A DNA stretch of 64,000 nucleotides from Felis catus (lineage: Eukaryota), in NCBI RefSeq assembly GCF_018350175.1, contig NC_058368.1:172052001-172116000 (forward strand). The letters are read 5' to 3'. The translations under genes were made by a program, and so were the position numbers. The notes beneath the pieces are model-generated. The model was given only the letters and a program-made list of their open reading frames with translations, was not told the DNA's origin and did no database searches. Below, one piece after another: positions 29,461 to 41,246 of the stretch; within the stretch, counting starts at the first letter, position 1, and every line of letters starts with the position of its first letter.

Positions 29461-30846
29461 CCCAAGCATGCTCTGTGCTGAAAGCACAGAACCTGACTGA
29501 GGGCTCGATTCCACAAACCACAAGATCATGACCTGAGCCAAGATCGAGAGTTGGACGCTCAACCAATTGAGCCACCCAGGCCCCCAAATCAGCCTAGATT
29601 TTTATCAGTATGTGTCATACAGTGTCAACATTTGTACTATATCAACTATGCATGAAGTACCTGGAAACATACTATTCATTTGGATTTTTTTTGTATAAAT
29701 ATTACTCCTTTCTCACTTTTGTCCTAACTTAAGTTCCAAATGTTTTCCTTTCTCCATCATTCTACCTAATAGTAGTAAGACAAAGCAGCACAGTAAAGCA
29801 TAGTATGTGGAACACTGTCTCTGAATCCAGCTTGGATGGGTGACATCCCAGCCCCACCATTTAGCTTTGTGACTTTGGGCAAGTTACATAAGCTCTCTGT
29901 TGGTTCATCTGTAAAATAGGGATAACAATAGTACCAACTTCACAGGGTTGTCATGATGATAAAATAAACTATCATTTGCAAAGTTTTTGGAAGGATGCCT
30001 AATGCAAAATAAGTGTTAAGTAATTTAAGAAAGAAAAAGAATACAGCTAGATGTTAAAATTGAGGTAGAAGAGTATTACCTAATTCTTACCTTTAGGAAA
30101 TTACAGTCAGTTTGGGGACTGTGGGACCCTTAGGTCGTCCAGTCATCTCTACAAAAAGCTTAGACTCTTTCATAGATGAGAAAGAGGTGCAGAAGGTGAG
30201 AACTTGGCCTTAGGTCTCAGACTATTCACTCACTCATATTTATGGAGCATAGCCTATGTGCCAGATGCTGCCAGACCTGGGAACCAGACAGACCAGGTCT
30301 GTATCTGGAGGGCCATGGGAAAGGCTGGCCCGAAGCAGGCTGACTTTGGCAATTGCTAAGAAGGAAGTCAAACCAACTTGGGATGATGCAAATGTTATTA
30401 CTATATCCCTCATAGGCTACAGAAGAAAACTCTGCCATAGATCTATGATCTATGATCAGGCCCCTTTGTTCTCTCCATAAGCTGTTTCTTCAGGTTAAGA
30501 AAATTTCTTAACTACTTGAAGTCATTAACACATTTTTGTTCCATCATATACGTTAGGAAGAAGATGTGCATAATCTCCCCGGGGAATCCCCACCCCGACA
30601 CCTTTGGAGGGGACCCTGGCTCTTATTGGAGCCTGGCACCAATGAGGCAGCCAGCCTTCCCAGTAAGGAGACCTTCAGCCCCTGCAGACACAGCTCTGTT
30701 AGCACATACCTCTCCCTCTGCCGGAGGAAGCTGATGGCCAGTGATGTCACAGAAATAAGGAGGGGAAAAGACAAAGTTAACAAACCCTGAGATACAGACA
30801 GGAGGAAAATGCATAGGCTGAATGTGACTTAAGAAATAGTATTCAA

Positions 30847-31071
30847 GGGGCGCCTGGGTGGCGCAGTCGGTTAAGCGTCCGACTTCAGCCAGGTCACGAT
30901 CTCGCAGTCCGTGAGTTCAAGCCCCGCGTCAGGCTCTGGGCTGATGGCTCGGAGCCTGGAGCCTGTTTCCGATTCTGTGTCTCCCTCTCTCTCTGCCCCT
31001 CCCCCGTTCATGCTCTGTCTCTCTCTGTCCCAAAAATAAATAAAAACGTTGAAAAAAAATTAAAAAAAAAA
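30847..31071 (+). mobile_element. Young SINEC_Fc
   Basis: Near-identical to the copies at 24207, 32338 and 49776. TSD aagaaatagtattcaa. Confidence 0.93.
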
Positions 31072-32100
31072 AGAAATAGTATTCAAAGAAATAAAATACA
31101 AACATTGTGGTGCTTCACTGAATACATTCAAGTTATGTTTTATTTTTCTCATTTGTCTTATTCTTAAACCTCTTCTACTAAAAATATGGACAAAACATTT
31201 TATCATATGTCTCCACTGATCAAACAGAAAGTAGAATTTTAGAAAATTGCTGCTCACAATTGGGAATCAACCAACCTGAGGATATCCTTTTATTCAGCAA
31301 ATTATTTTTTTTACACTTTTTTAATGTTTATTTTTGAGAGAGAGAGAGAGAGTGCGCGCGAGAGAGAGGGAGGCATAGAATCTGAAGCAGGCTCCAGGCT
31401 CCGAGCCGTCAGCACAGAGCACAATGTGGGGACCGAACTCACAAGCCACGAGACCATGTCCTGAGCCAAAGCCAGACACTCAACTGACTGAGCCACCCAG
31501 GAGCCCCTCAGCAAAGTATTTTTCTTCTGAAATAAAATTCCATAGGTCACTGCTATTGCACATAAATCTGGAGCTTTTCACCAGATGTAACAGTGCCCTC
31601 TAATTCACACTTTCATTTCTCTGGTGGCACCTGCACAGGAGACAAATAGATAATAAGTCACTGAGGGATTGTTTCTCGAGGTTCAAGACCAGTCAATCCA
31701 GTTCTGGACAAACCATGGCCTTTAGACTACATACTGGGGTAGTACTGTGTCCACTGACCCTGAGATACGGTTCAATCCAGATTTGCCACATGGCCTACAG
31801 GGTGGTATGCATTTTTGCTTTTCTTTCCGCATAAGAGAAGGACCAGAGTCAGACAACTGTGTGTACTTCCCTTCATGACTAGGCATTAGGGGAATTCAGT
31901 TAATTGAATAAAGGAACTAACCAGTTATTAATTACCTATTGCGGCTGCAATAAATTACTACAAACTTGGTGGCTTAAAACAGCAAAATGTATTATAGTTC
32001 TCTCTACATCAGACATCTGACACCAGTCTCACTGGGTTCAGTCAAGTTATCATCAGCAGGGTTACATTCCTTTTTCAAGGCTCAGGGGAAGATCAGGCTT

Positions 32101-32214
32101 TTTGTTGTTGTTGTTGTTGTTGTTGTTGTTCTTCTTCTTCTTCTTCTTCTTCTTCTTTTCTTCTTCTTTTCTTCTTCTTCTTCTTCTTCTTCTTCTTCTT
32201 CTTCTTCTTCTTCT
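32101..32214. repeat. Compound trinucleotide microsatellite (GTT)n-(CTT)n
   Basis: Directly visible. Confidence 0.95.
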
Positions 32215-32337
32215 CATTTGGGGTTGTTGGCAGAATCTGAATTCTGTGGTTGCAGGACTGAGGTCCCCATTTCCTTCTTCATCTTCAAAGCCAGCAGCAG
32301 TGGGTTGAATCCCTCTCAGACTTAAAATTTCTCTTCC

Positions 32338-32562
32338 AGGGGCGCCTGGGTGGCGCAGTCGGTTAAGCGTCCGACTTCAGCCAGGTCACGATCTTGCGGT
32401 CCGTGGGTTCCAGCCCCGCGTCAGGCTCTGGGCTGATGGCTCGGAGCCTGGAGCCTGTTTCCGATTCTGTGTCTCCCTCTCTCTCTGCCCCTCCCCCGTT
32501 CATGCTCTGTCTCTCTCTGTCCCAAAAATAAATAAACGTTGGGAAAAAAAAAATTAAAAAAA
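32338..32562 (+). mobile_element. Young SINEC_Fc inside MLT1
   Basis: TSD aaaatttctcttcc. CpGs intact. Confidence 0.93.
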
Positions 32563-33059
32563 AAATTTCTCTTCCTTTTTCTTTGGTCTCGCCTCTCTGT
32601 CCCATCTGTTTTCCACTTCCATTTTCAAGGTCTCACATGATTAGAATGAGTCCACCCAGATAATCCAAAATGATCTCCCAATTTTAAGGTCCACAACCTT
32701 AATCCCATCTGCAAAGTTCCTTTAGCCATCTAATGGGGCATACTTCAAATTCTGGAAACTAGGGTATGGACATCTTTGGGAGGTCATTACTTTGGCTACT
32801 ATACCAGCCTGAGGTGGGGGATCCATAACTAGCCTCAAGGTCATGAAAAAAGTAAACATGTTGAGGTTAATTGACCCATGTAGTCCTTTCCCTCACATTG
32901 AGAGCCCACCCAGGACATGGCACAGGCTTAAGGCACCGGCCCCTAGAGCAGATGCCCTGGCTCCATTTCTTACTTGCTGTGTGATTTTAGGAAAGTTCTC
33001 AACCTCCAAAAGTCCCACTTTCCTCAGCCTATAAAATGAAGTTAATGTCAGTATCCACC

Positions 33060-33410
33060 TGCTATAGGGTGAATGGTTGTATACTCCCAAAATTCTTATG
33101 TTGAACCTAACCCCAAATGTGATCATATTTGGATGTGGGGCCTTTAGGGGGTTACCAGGTCATGAGGGTGGAGGCTTCATGATGGAATTAGTGCCCTTAT
33201 AGAAGAGAACTCAGAGAACTCCCTCACCCCTCCCACCCTGTGAAGACACAGAGAGAAGATGGGTGTCTATAAACCATAAAGTGAGCTCTCACCAGGCGTG
33301 GAATCTACTGGTACTTTGACCTTGGATTTCCCAGCCTCCAGAACTGTGAGAAACAAATGCTGTTTAAGTCACCTAGTCTATTTTTGTCATAACAGCCCAA
33401 ATGGGCTAAT
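33060..33410 (+). mobile_element. MaLR LTR (MLT1A-like) inserted in a MIR
   Basis: MLT1 5' and 3' motifs (aaattcttatgttgaacctaacccc; ccagcctccagaactgtgagaaa). MIR core lies on both sides (about 32930-33060 and 33410-33495). Confidence 0.75.
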
Positions 33411-34791
33411 GTATTACCTCATAGGGTGGTTGGAAAATAACATACTACATGTAAAGCACTCTGAAGAGTCTAGCCTCATGGAGTGTGCTGAGGTGTTAGC
33501 TAATCCGGAAGACTCATATACAGATGAAGCAAACAGTCACAAGAGTTGATGCCTAAAATTCCTCTCTCTTGTCTCATTCCATTGATTCCGGGATTTGGTT
33601 ATCTGTGAAAACAAAAACACTCTAGAAGGAACACAAAGCACATTTTCCTCAGTAATTTGACTGTGGCAAAAGAGGAGGCAAACGAAACTTTATACTGAGC
33701 ATCTACTTTGTCTTAAACAATTTGTGTGCGTAAGGGGCCTGAGAGCATATTTTAATGAGGTGGAAGCACCAAGTGCCTGAGACTTAACGGAGCAGGCTTT
33801 CCTAAGACACAAAGTATTAAAACAAAAGTGCTAATTTCCTAGTTTTGTCTAAGACCCGTTGACTAATCAGCAGCCAACAGAAATGGACCCTCCAGGCCTG
33901 CACAGATGGCAGCCAGGAACTGACCTAACCACGCGTGTCAGGTCAAGTCCAGCTGTTCTCTGACATGCAGCAAGCTGATTCATGCAACCCTTCATCACTT
34001 AGTAGTCTCCAAATGCTTCCTCCCTCTCCTTAATATCTCTCTTTCAGCTGTTTGGGGATGAGTTTTGGCTCAAGATCCTCCAGCTCTTGGACATTGATCA
34101 TGCTATGACCACAATGATTGACTCAAGTGTGTGCCTCTTCCTTGAATCCATAAATAACTTTTGCTTTATTATAAGCATGGCAGTGCAGATAGGTGAGAAT
34201 GACTTCACCGTGTAGGCTTTTGCTTATCATCCAGAATGCTCAGTCTAAAATCAATGCAGATGTAGATTAATAACAGGGCAGTATTGGGGGATTTGGAATA
34301 TGGCTGAGGGGGACAGGCTTGATTTTTTTTCACACCTTTGTTTACAACGACTCTTTATCTGTCGGCCACCATAACAAAAACTGCTCAAAGTGAGAATTTA
34401 CTAGTTTAAGAAATCATGATGTGTACTATCTCCAAATAGCACCAACTGTTGTGTCTATAATCATAACCAGCTTAATCAAATTTTCTGAAACTGTTGATAC
34501 TTTTCTTTTTTTGGAAGTGTTGATCATTCTTATGCAGTTTGAACTTGGAAACATAAATCATTAGAACTGTAACTTCTGATTTTGTAAATAGTAACTGAAT
34601 TTATGTTTAACACAATACCAAAATCTATATTATGTATATATTTGGTGTGTTTATTGCTCCACACGGTGGCATATGAAATGGTTTAAAAGAGGCATTTCCA
34701 TTTCTGGATTCTCTGGGGGGGGGGGGAGTGTGATTCCTTAGAAATTATGTCTTTAACATGCAGGAAGACCTTTATACTTAAATTGCTTGAG

Positions 34792-35018
34792 GGGGCACGT
34801 AGGTGGCTCAGTTGGTTGAGTGGCTGAGCCTCTGATTTCAGTTCAGGTCGAGATCTCACAGCTTGTGAGTTCGAGCCCCATGTCCGGTTCTGTAGGGACA
34901 GCTCAGAGCCTGGAGCCTGCTTCAGATTCTATGTCTCCTGTCTCTGCCCCTCCCCTACTCATGCTCTGTTTCTCTCTCAAAATAAATAAAAATAAAACAA
35001 ATAAATATTTAAAAATAA

Positions 35019-35082
<64 letters not shown>

Positions 35083-35302
35083 GGTGAACTTTATTGGGGC
35101 ACCTGGGTGGCTCAGTTGGCTAAGTGCCTGACTTTGGCTCAGGTCATGAACTCATGGCTCCTGAGTTTGAGCCCCACATCTCTCTACTGTCAGTGCAGAG
35201 CCTGCTTCAGTTCCTGTCTCCTTCTCTCTCTGCCCCTTCCCAGCTCGTGCTTTCTCTGTCTCAAAAATAAATTTTAAAAAAATCAAAAGAAAGTTTAAAA
35301 AA
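34792..35302 (+). mobile_element. Tandem CanSINE pair with a (GAAA)n linker
   Basis: Two heads at 34792 and 35096. Outer direct repeat attgcttga. Confidence 0.85.
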
Positions 35303-35720
35303 AGATTGCTTGATATCAGGTTGACAACTTCTATTTAATGTTAAACAATGCCATGATTTGGAGTAGATGCAAATGTCTTAAATAAGCCACAAAAGACTTG
35401 AATGTAAAATTAAGTTGAGGATAGGCAGTTATCTTAATTGGCAGAAAATAACATCGACTCAATTTCAGAGTAATCTTCTTTTTTTTTTTTTTTTTTAAGT
35501 AGGCTTCATGTCCAGCATGGAGTCCATTGCAGGGCTTGAACTCATGACCCTGAGATCAAGACCTGAGCTGAGATCAAGAGTCAAACACTTAACTGACTGA
35601 GCCATCCAGGCGCCCCCAGAGTAATCTTTTAAAAACAAATTATTTGGGGGGAGCCTGGGTGGCTCAGTCAGTTAAGCTCTGTCCATCTCCCCTGCTTGTG
35701 CTCTCTCTCTCTCTAAAAAA

Positions 35721-35757
<37 letters not shown>

Positions 35758-38580
35758 AAATTATTTTTTGTAGTTACTTCAAGTCACTTTCTCTAATTTG
35801 TATTAATTTACAGGAGAATAAAGGGAAAATATCAGCTTAGACTGAATATTTGCATCAGTTTATATAGCATGATTTCTTTTCATTTGCCTTAGATCACATC
35901 TACACTGACAACAGAAAGTGGAGAGTTAAGCACCTATCCTATGATTTTGCCAGTAAAAATTGTATGAATAATTACTTGGTGTAGACAGCCCCAGGTCTTA
36001 ACCTTTCAACAGAGAACAATTGGACATGGGTAGGTTTTTCAGAGTGACTTAGTTTGAGACCAAGGAATGGTCAGTGCTGTTTTTATTGGGCATAAAATAG
36101 ATCCCAGAATACAGTCCTCTACCCTTGAAGTGTGATCCCAATTATTTAGATCTAATTTGTTAAAGGTTTTCTACTCATTTTCAGAAGGATAATGAATCAC
36201 CAGTATTAAATATTTATCCATTCAACAGTTATTTACTGAATCCCCACTACCTGCTGGGCACTGAAGGTGCCCCTGGAACCAAGATAGATAAGGCACAAGC
36301 TTTATGGATCTCACAGGAGATAATAACCATAGCAACATTTGGTGTCCCTCATTGAGAATGTGAAATAAACTTTAGCGTCTTGAGACAATATGTTTTTTTC
36401 ATCACCAAAGAGAAAATTATTATCAATTTAATAAGTTTTAATTTGGAGCACCTGGGTGGCTCAGTCGATTAAGCATCCAACTCTTGAATTCAGCTCAGGT
36501 CATGATCTCAAGGTCATGAGATCAAGCCCCACCCTGAGCATGGAGCCTGCTTGGGATTCTCTTTTTCCCTCTCTCTCTGCCCCTCCTTCTGCTCGAGTGC
36601 TCATCCTCTGTGTGTGTGTGTGTGTGTGTGTGTCTCAAAATAAATAAATAAACATTAAAAAAAAGTCTCAATTTGGTTATCACAGGTCACCACTTGTTCT
36701 CTTTTCACTGACACCCTTTTCTCTGCTAGCAGCAAATGCTCTCTTACTCCACTAGCTTTCTTCCCTTTTCCTCAGATCCAACAGGAGTTGGGGGAGTGGT
36801 GACTCCATGGTTGAGTCATCGTTTTGCTGCATTATATAATAAGTTCATAAACACCAACAGTGGAAAAAAACTAAACAGTGGGAAAAGATCTATTGTTTAT
36901 CCCTTGTCTCCCAGTCTCGCCATACTTCCCTAGTGGGGTTGGTTTTGAAATGATCCGACCCATGAGGAGTGAGAAGGAGAACTACTCATTGACCTGACCA
37001 AACATCTGGTGATAACAATCTTTCTTCATTCTATAGGGAGACACTTATACTGTATAAATAGACATCTTACTGTTTTACCTCACGGGAAAATGTGTTAACA
37101 GTTAGCAGTTGTTTGTTACAGCAGTGGACTAACATCTGTTAGTAATGAGATTCTGGCATCGTGTCCCATATGAGTAATTCTAAAGAAAGGAAGTTAGAAT
37201 AGCAGAGCAGTGGTCACCCCAAAATAGCCCCGAGACTGCAGCTCTGGGCAGAAGAACTCATAGGCAAAACTGTGAGGTGAGCAGAGCTGTTTACCTGCTG
37301 ACTCATCCATTTTACACATATCTACATAGTGTCTGTCATGCGCTAAGCATGATGCTTAAGGATGTACAAGATGCACTTCCTGCCCAAAAAAGTTTAAAAA
37401 GTTTAGCTTCCTTCTCCTGATTTTTTTTTTATCTCTACATGCCCCATGTGTCCAGGATCCTATTACTCCTTGTTCTTTGCTCTTTTGATTCTCTCCTCTC
37501 ATCAAATACTCTTCTTAATTAGCTACAAGTTGGGAAGAAACTGATAGTTAATTCATACAAAGGTATAAAAGACTGTAATGGCTTAGTACATAGTGTTCTA
37601 CTATCTTTCTCAGAGCTGTTTGCATTTTCAGAGAAAAGAATCCCTTAATCTGAAGTAGTGAAATTATGGTAGAACTCTAGGCATTAATGAAGCAATAGCT
37701 AAGACTTTTTTCCCCAAGCATATGTAACTTCCCAAGGTCCACCATGCGTGGACAAGGCCAGGCCTGACTTTGAGGACTTAATGCTTAGTTCACTTTTAGA
37801 TAAGAGCCCTAGCAAATCAAGTTGACTACTTATTTTGTGTTAGTATAATTCAACTCAAATATTTCAGATATTAAGGCACATTTCTCCCTTGTCTATCAAG
37901 TTACCGTGGCTTTTAAAAGTTTATTCTACTATGCACTTATTCGTTCAACAAATGTGCGTTGACTGGTATAAAATATCAGTGATACTGTTAAGCAAAACTA
38001 AAACTTCCTATTGGCATTAATAACACACAACATAAAATAGATAAGCATGAATTTGGTAAGATATGTGATGGACATATTAGAAGGAAACTATATAACTTGA
38101 CTGAGGAACATAAAAGATTGGGGACATATTCAATATTATGAATAAGTTAGTTCTCTCTCAAATGTATCCATAAGTTTAACACAATCCCAACATTTATGTT
38201 TTGACAAAAGAATTCTAAATTTCGCAACTAAGAATAACAAGCAAAAATAACCAGTAACATTAAAAAAAAAAAGAAGGTATGGGGCGCCTGGGTGGCTCAG
38301 TCAGTTGAGCCTCCGACTTCGGCTCAGGTCATGATCTCACAGTCTGTGTGTTCGAGCCCCTCATCAGGCTCCATGCTGACAGCTCAGAGCCTGGAGACTG
38401 TTTCAGATTCTGTGTCTCCCTCTCTCTGACCCTCCCCCGTTCATGCTCTGTCTCTCTCTGTCTCAAAAATAAACGTTAAAAAAATTTTTTTTTCAAAAAA
38501 AAGAAGGTATGAGGAGAGATTGCCTTACCAGGTATATAACTACATCAATTGAAACCATGGCTCCTGGTGCAAGGATCACT

Positions 38581-38775
38581 TATGTATATATATATTATAT
38601 ATATATATTATATATATATGTATATGTATAAATAATATATATATACATTATGTATTACATATAATATATAAATATATACATTTATATATAAATAATATAT
38701 ATATAATAAATATATAAATTTATATTTTATATATATTATTTATATACATACTTATATATATAAATATATATATAT
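38581..38775. repeat. (TA)-rich low-complexity tract
   Basis: About 195 bp of almost pure A/T with interrupted (TA)n. Confidence 0.92.
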
Positions 38776-38997
38776 GAAACTAACATGTGAGAAAAAGCAA
38801 GGAAAAATGGCAAAAAAAAAAACAAGACAAACAAAACTCTAAAAGGCAAAAAGCAATTCTGGAAAAGTATTTCATATGTGTATCACAGACAAGGTTAATA
38901 AATTGATATATAAGCAGTTATCTAAGAAAAACAGGAAAATTTCGAGAAAAGTGGACAAAATAATGAATAGGCTAATTCACAAAATAAGAAAAACAAA

Positions 38998-39060
38998 GGG
39001 TGCCTGACTGGCTCATGTGGTGGAGCATGCAACTTTTTTTTTTTTTAATGTTTGTTTTTC

Positions 39061-39094
<34 letters not shown>

Positions 39095-39350
39095 CGTGAT
39101 GGGGGGAGAGGAAGAGAGAGATGGAGACACAGATTCTGAAACAGACTCCAGGCTCCAAGCTGTCAGCACAGAGCCCGACGCGGGGCCCGAACTCACAAAC
39201 TGCAAGACCCTTACCTGAGCCAAAGTCAGGAGGCTTAACTGACTGAGCCACCCAGGAGCCCCTGGAGTGTGCAACTCTTGACCTCAGGTTTGTGAGTTTG
39301 AGTCCTATGTTCGTTGTGAAAATGATTTAAAAATAAAATTTTAACAAAAA
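38998..39350. mobile_element. Nested CanSINEs: a minus copy inserted in an older plus copy
   Basis: The outer head is interrupted at gagcatgcaact and resumes at gagtgtgcaact (degenerate TSD). Confidence 0.8.
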
Positions 39351-40032
39351 AGAAAAGAAAAGAAAAACAACAAGCATGGGAAACATCAATCCCATTTGTA
39401 ATCAAAAACTACTGATTAAAACAATGTGATACTATTTTTGGCTGGTGGGTTAAAAAACACTAAAATAGATACCATTCAGGGTTTATGAGACACTACAGAA
39501 AACCTACACAAGGATATCAACATTGCTTTAATACCAGAAGATGGGAAACAGCCTAAAAGCCCCTAAGTAGATAGTTGGTTACATGATATAGTATTATCAT
39601 ACAACAGAATAGTGTAGAACAATTAAAAACAGTGATATAAATAATTGTAATTAATATGAAAAGCTGCTTGTGATGTGTACTTTTATTAATTTCTGAAGTA
39701 GTACATGCATTTTTGGAAGAGATTATGTGGATATATATAAAATAAAATTTAATGTTTCTTCAATTTACTCCCTTCCATCCCATTTCCTGCTGTTAAAAAT
39801 TTGGTTTGTACCGTGCCACATCATTTCCTGTGCAAATAAAATCATATATAAGTCTATCTAGATTTATATTTATATCTAGATATAAACATGTAGAATTCTT
39901 AAACAAAACATATATTCAAGTCATACTTGAATATATGTATTACTCAGTAACTTCCTTTTTCATTCTATGACATATCATAAATATCTATGATATATTAAGT
40001 AAAAAAATAAAGTTACAAAACAACATGTTTAG

Positions 40033-40050
40033 AGTGATCCTGACTTCGTA

Positions 40051-40086
<36 letters not shown>
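40033..40086. repeat. (TG)n microsatellite
   Basis: Directly visible. Others: (GAAA)n 35018-35080, (TG)n 47848-47880, (CAA)n 49259-49301. Confidence 0.95.
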
Positions 40087-40089
<3 letters not shown>

Positions 40090-41146
40090 TGGTTGTGTGT
40101 GCATGCATATGTATAGGCAAAGAGAAAAGTCTGGGCATGTAGATTTCTTGTTGAGGGAGTACAGGTGACTTTCAGACTTTTTCCACTGTTTAAGTTGTTA
40201 TTTTTTGTTTGTTTGTTTGTTTAGAGAAAGAGTGTGAGAAGGGGAGAGGGGCAGAGGGAGAGAAAAAAAAAAGAGGGAGAGACTCTCAAGCAGGCTCCAC
40301 ACTCAGCACAGAACCTGACTCAGGGCTTGATCCCACGACCCCCAGGGATCATGACCTGAGCTGAAATCAAGAGTCCAACACTCAACTGACTGAGCCATCC
40401 AGGTGTCCCTCCACTGTTTAACTTTTTAAAATAAGGAGTTTGTATTACTTTTTTTTTTCTAAAAGCATATTTTACATGTTTATTGGCCCATTACTTCATT
40501 GTATTCCTTTTTAATATTACTTTTATAACCAGGATAAAATCTGGTTTTGTTACAAGAAAAAAAAATCAGTATTACTGGAAAACTTATGAGACAGCATTTG
40601 GCTGAGGGCATACTGCTCACTGGTGGATTATTGCTCTGATGAGCTTTTGTCCTCTTAGTCTGTGAATTAGTGTTAATATTCTCCTTCTAAGTGAAAATAT
40701 AGCTATAATATTATTCAATTATTATATAATATAAAACTATACAATGTAATATACATAAACTCTATATATATTTAAAGTGAATTGTGGCTGCATTTAGGAT
40801 TCTCTCTAGACAAGATGAAGCTTATAACTTTTTGTGGTTTTATTGACGTGGATAGTTATTTCTAATAAATCCAGTAATAAGAGGACAAACTGAAGCTGCC
40901 ACAAGGGAAAGAAATTAAAAACCACAGTCATTTTGTTGCCATTTTTGTTACTGTTAAAGGTGGTGAGATTGATTTCCTTTTTGCATCCAGAGAAGTGAGC
41001 TATAAATGAATCTTCCAAGGTGAACAAAAAGAGAACGCCTTCTGCATTCTCTGGTGTCTGTTTTGTGACCCTTCCTGGTTGCAGGGAAGAGGGCCTGCCT
41101 GGCATGTAGTATCAGACCTGGGGGGTTTGCTCAGGCACCTCTGCAG

Positions 41147-41246
41147 CAGATAGTCTTCTGTCACAGATACTCTTCTGCAGCAGATACTCTTTTGTGACAG
41201 ATGCTCTCCCATGGTAGATACTCTTGTGTGACAGATACTCTTTTTT
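41147..41246. repeat. 17-bp minisatellite, about 6 units (cagatactcttnnnnnn)
   Basis: Units start at 41147, 41164, 41181, 41198, 41215 and 41232. Confidence 0.85.

Larger units (their letters stand above)
31930..32803 (-). mobile_element. MaLR LTR (MLT1-type), antisense, containing a (GTT)n(CTT)n microsatellite and a young SINE
   Basis: aattactacaaacttggtggcttaaaac start and gattagaatgagtccacccagataatcc...atctgcaaagttccttt motifs. Confidence 0.7.

Noticed and set aside
30847..30930. tRNA-like A/B-box sequences
   Set aside because: They are tRNA-derived SINE heads, not tRNA genes.
41147..41246. Repeat-plus-variable-spacer pattern superficially like CRISPR
   Set aside because: The 17-bp period is far too short, the context is mammalian, and there are no cas genes.
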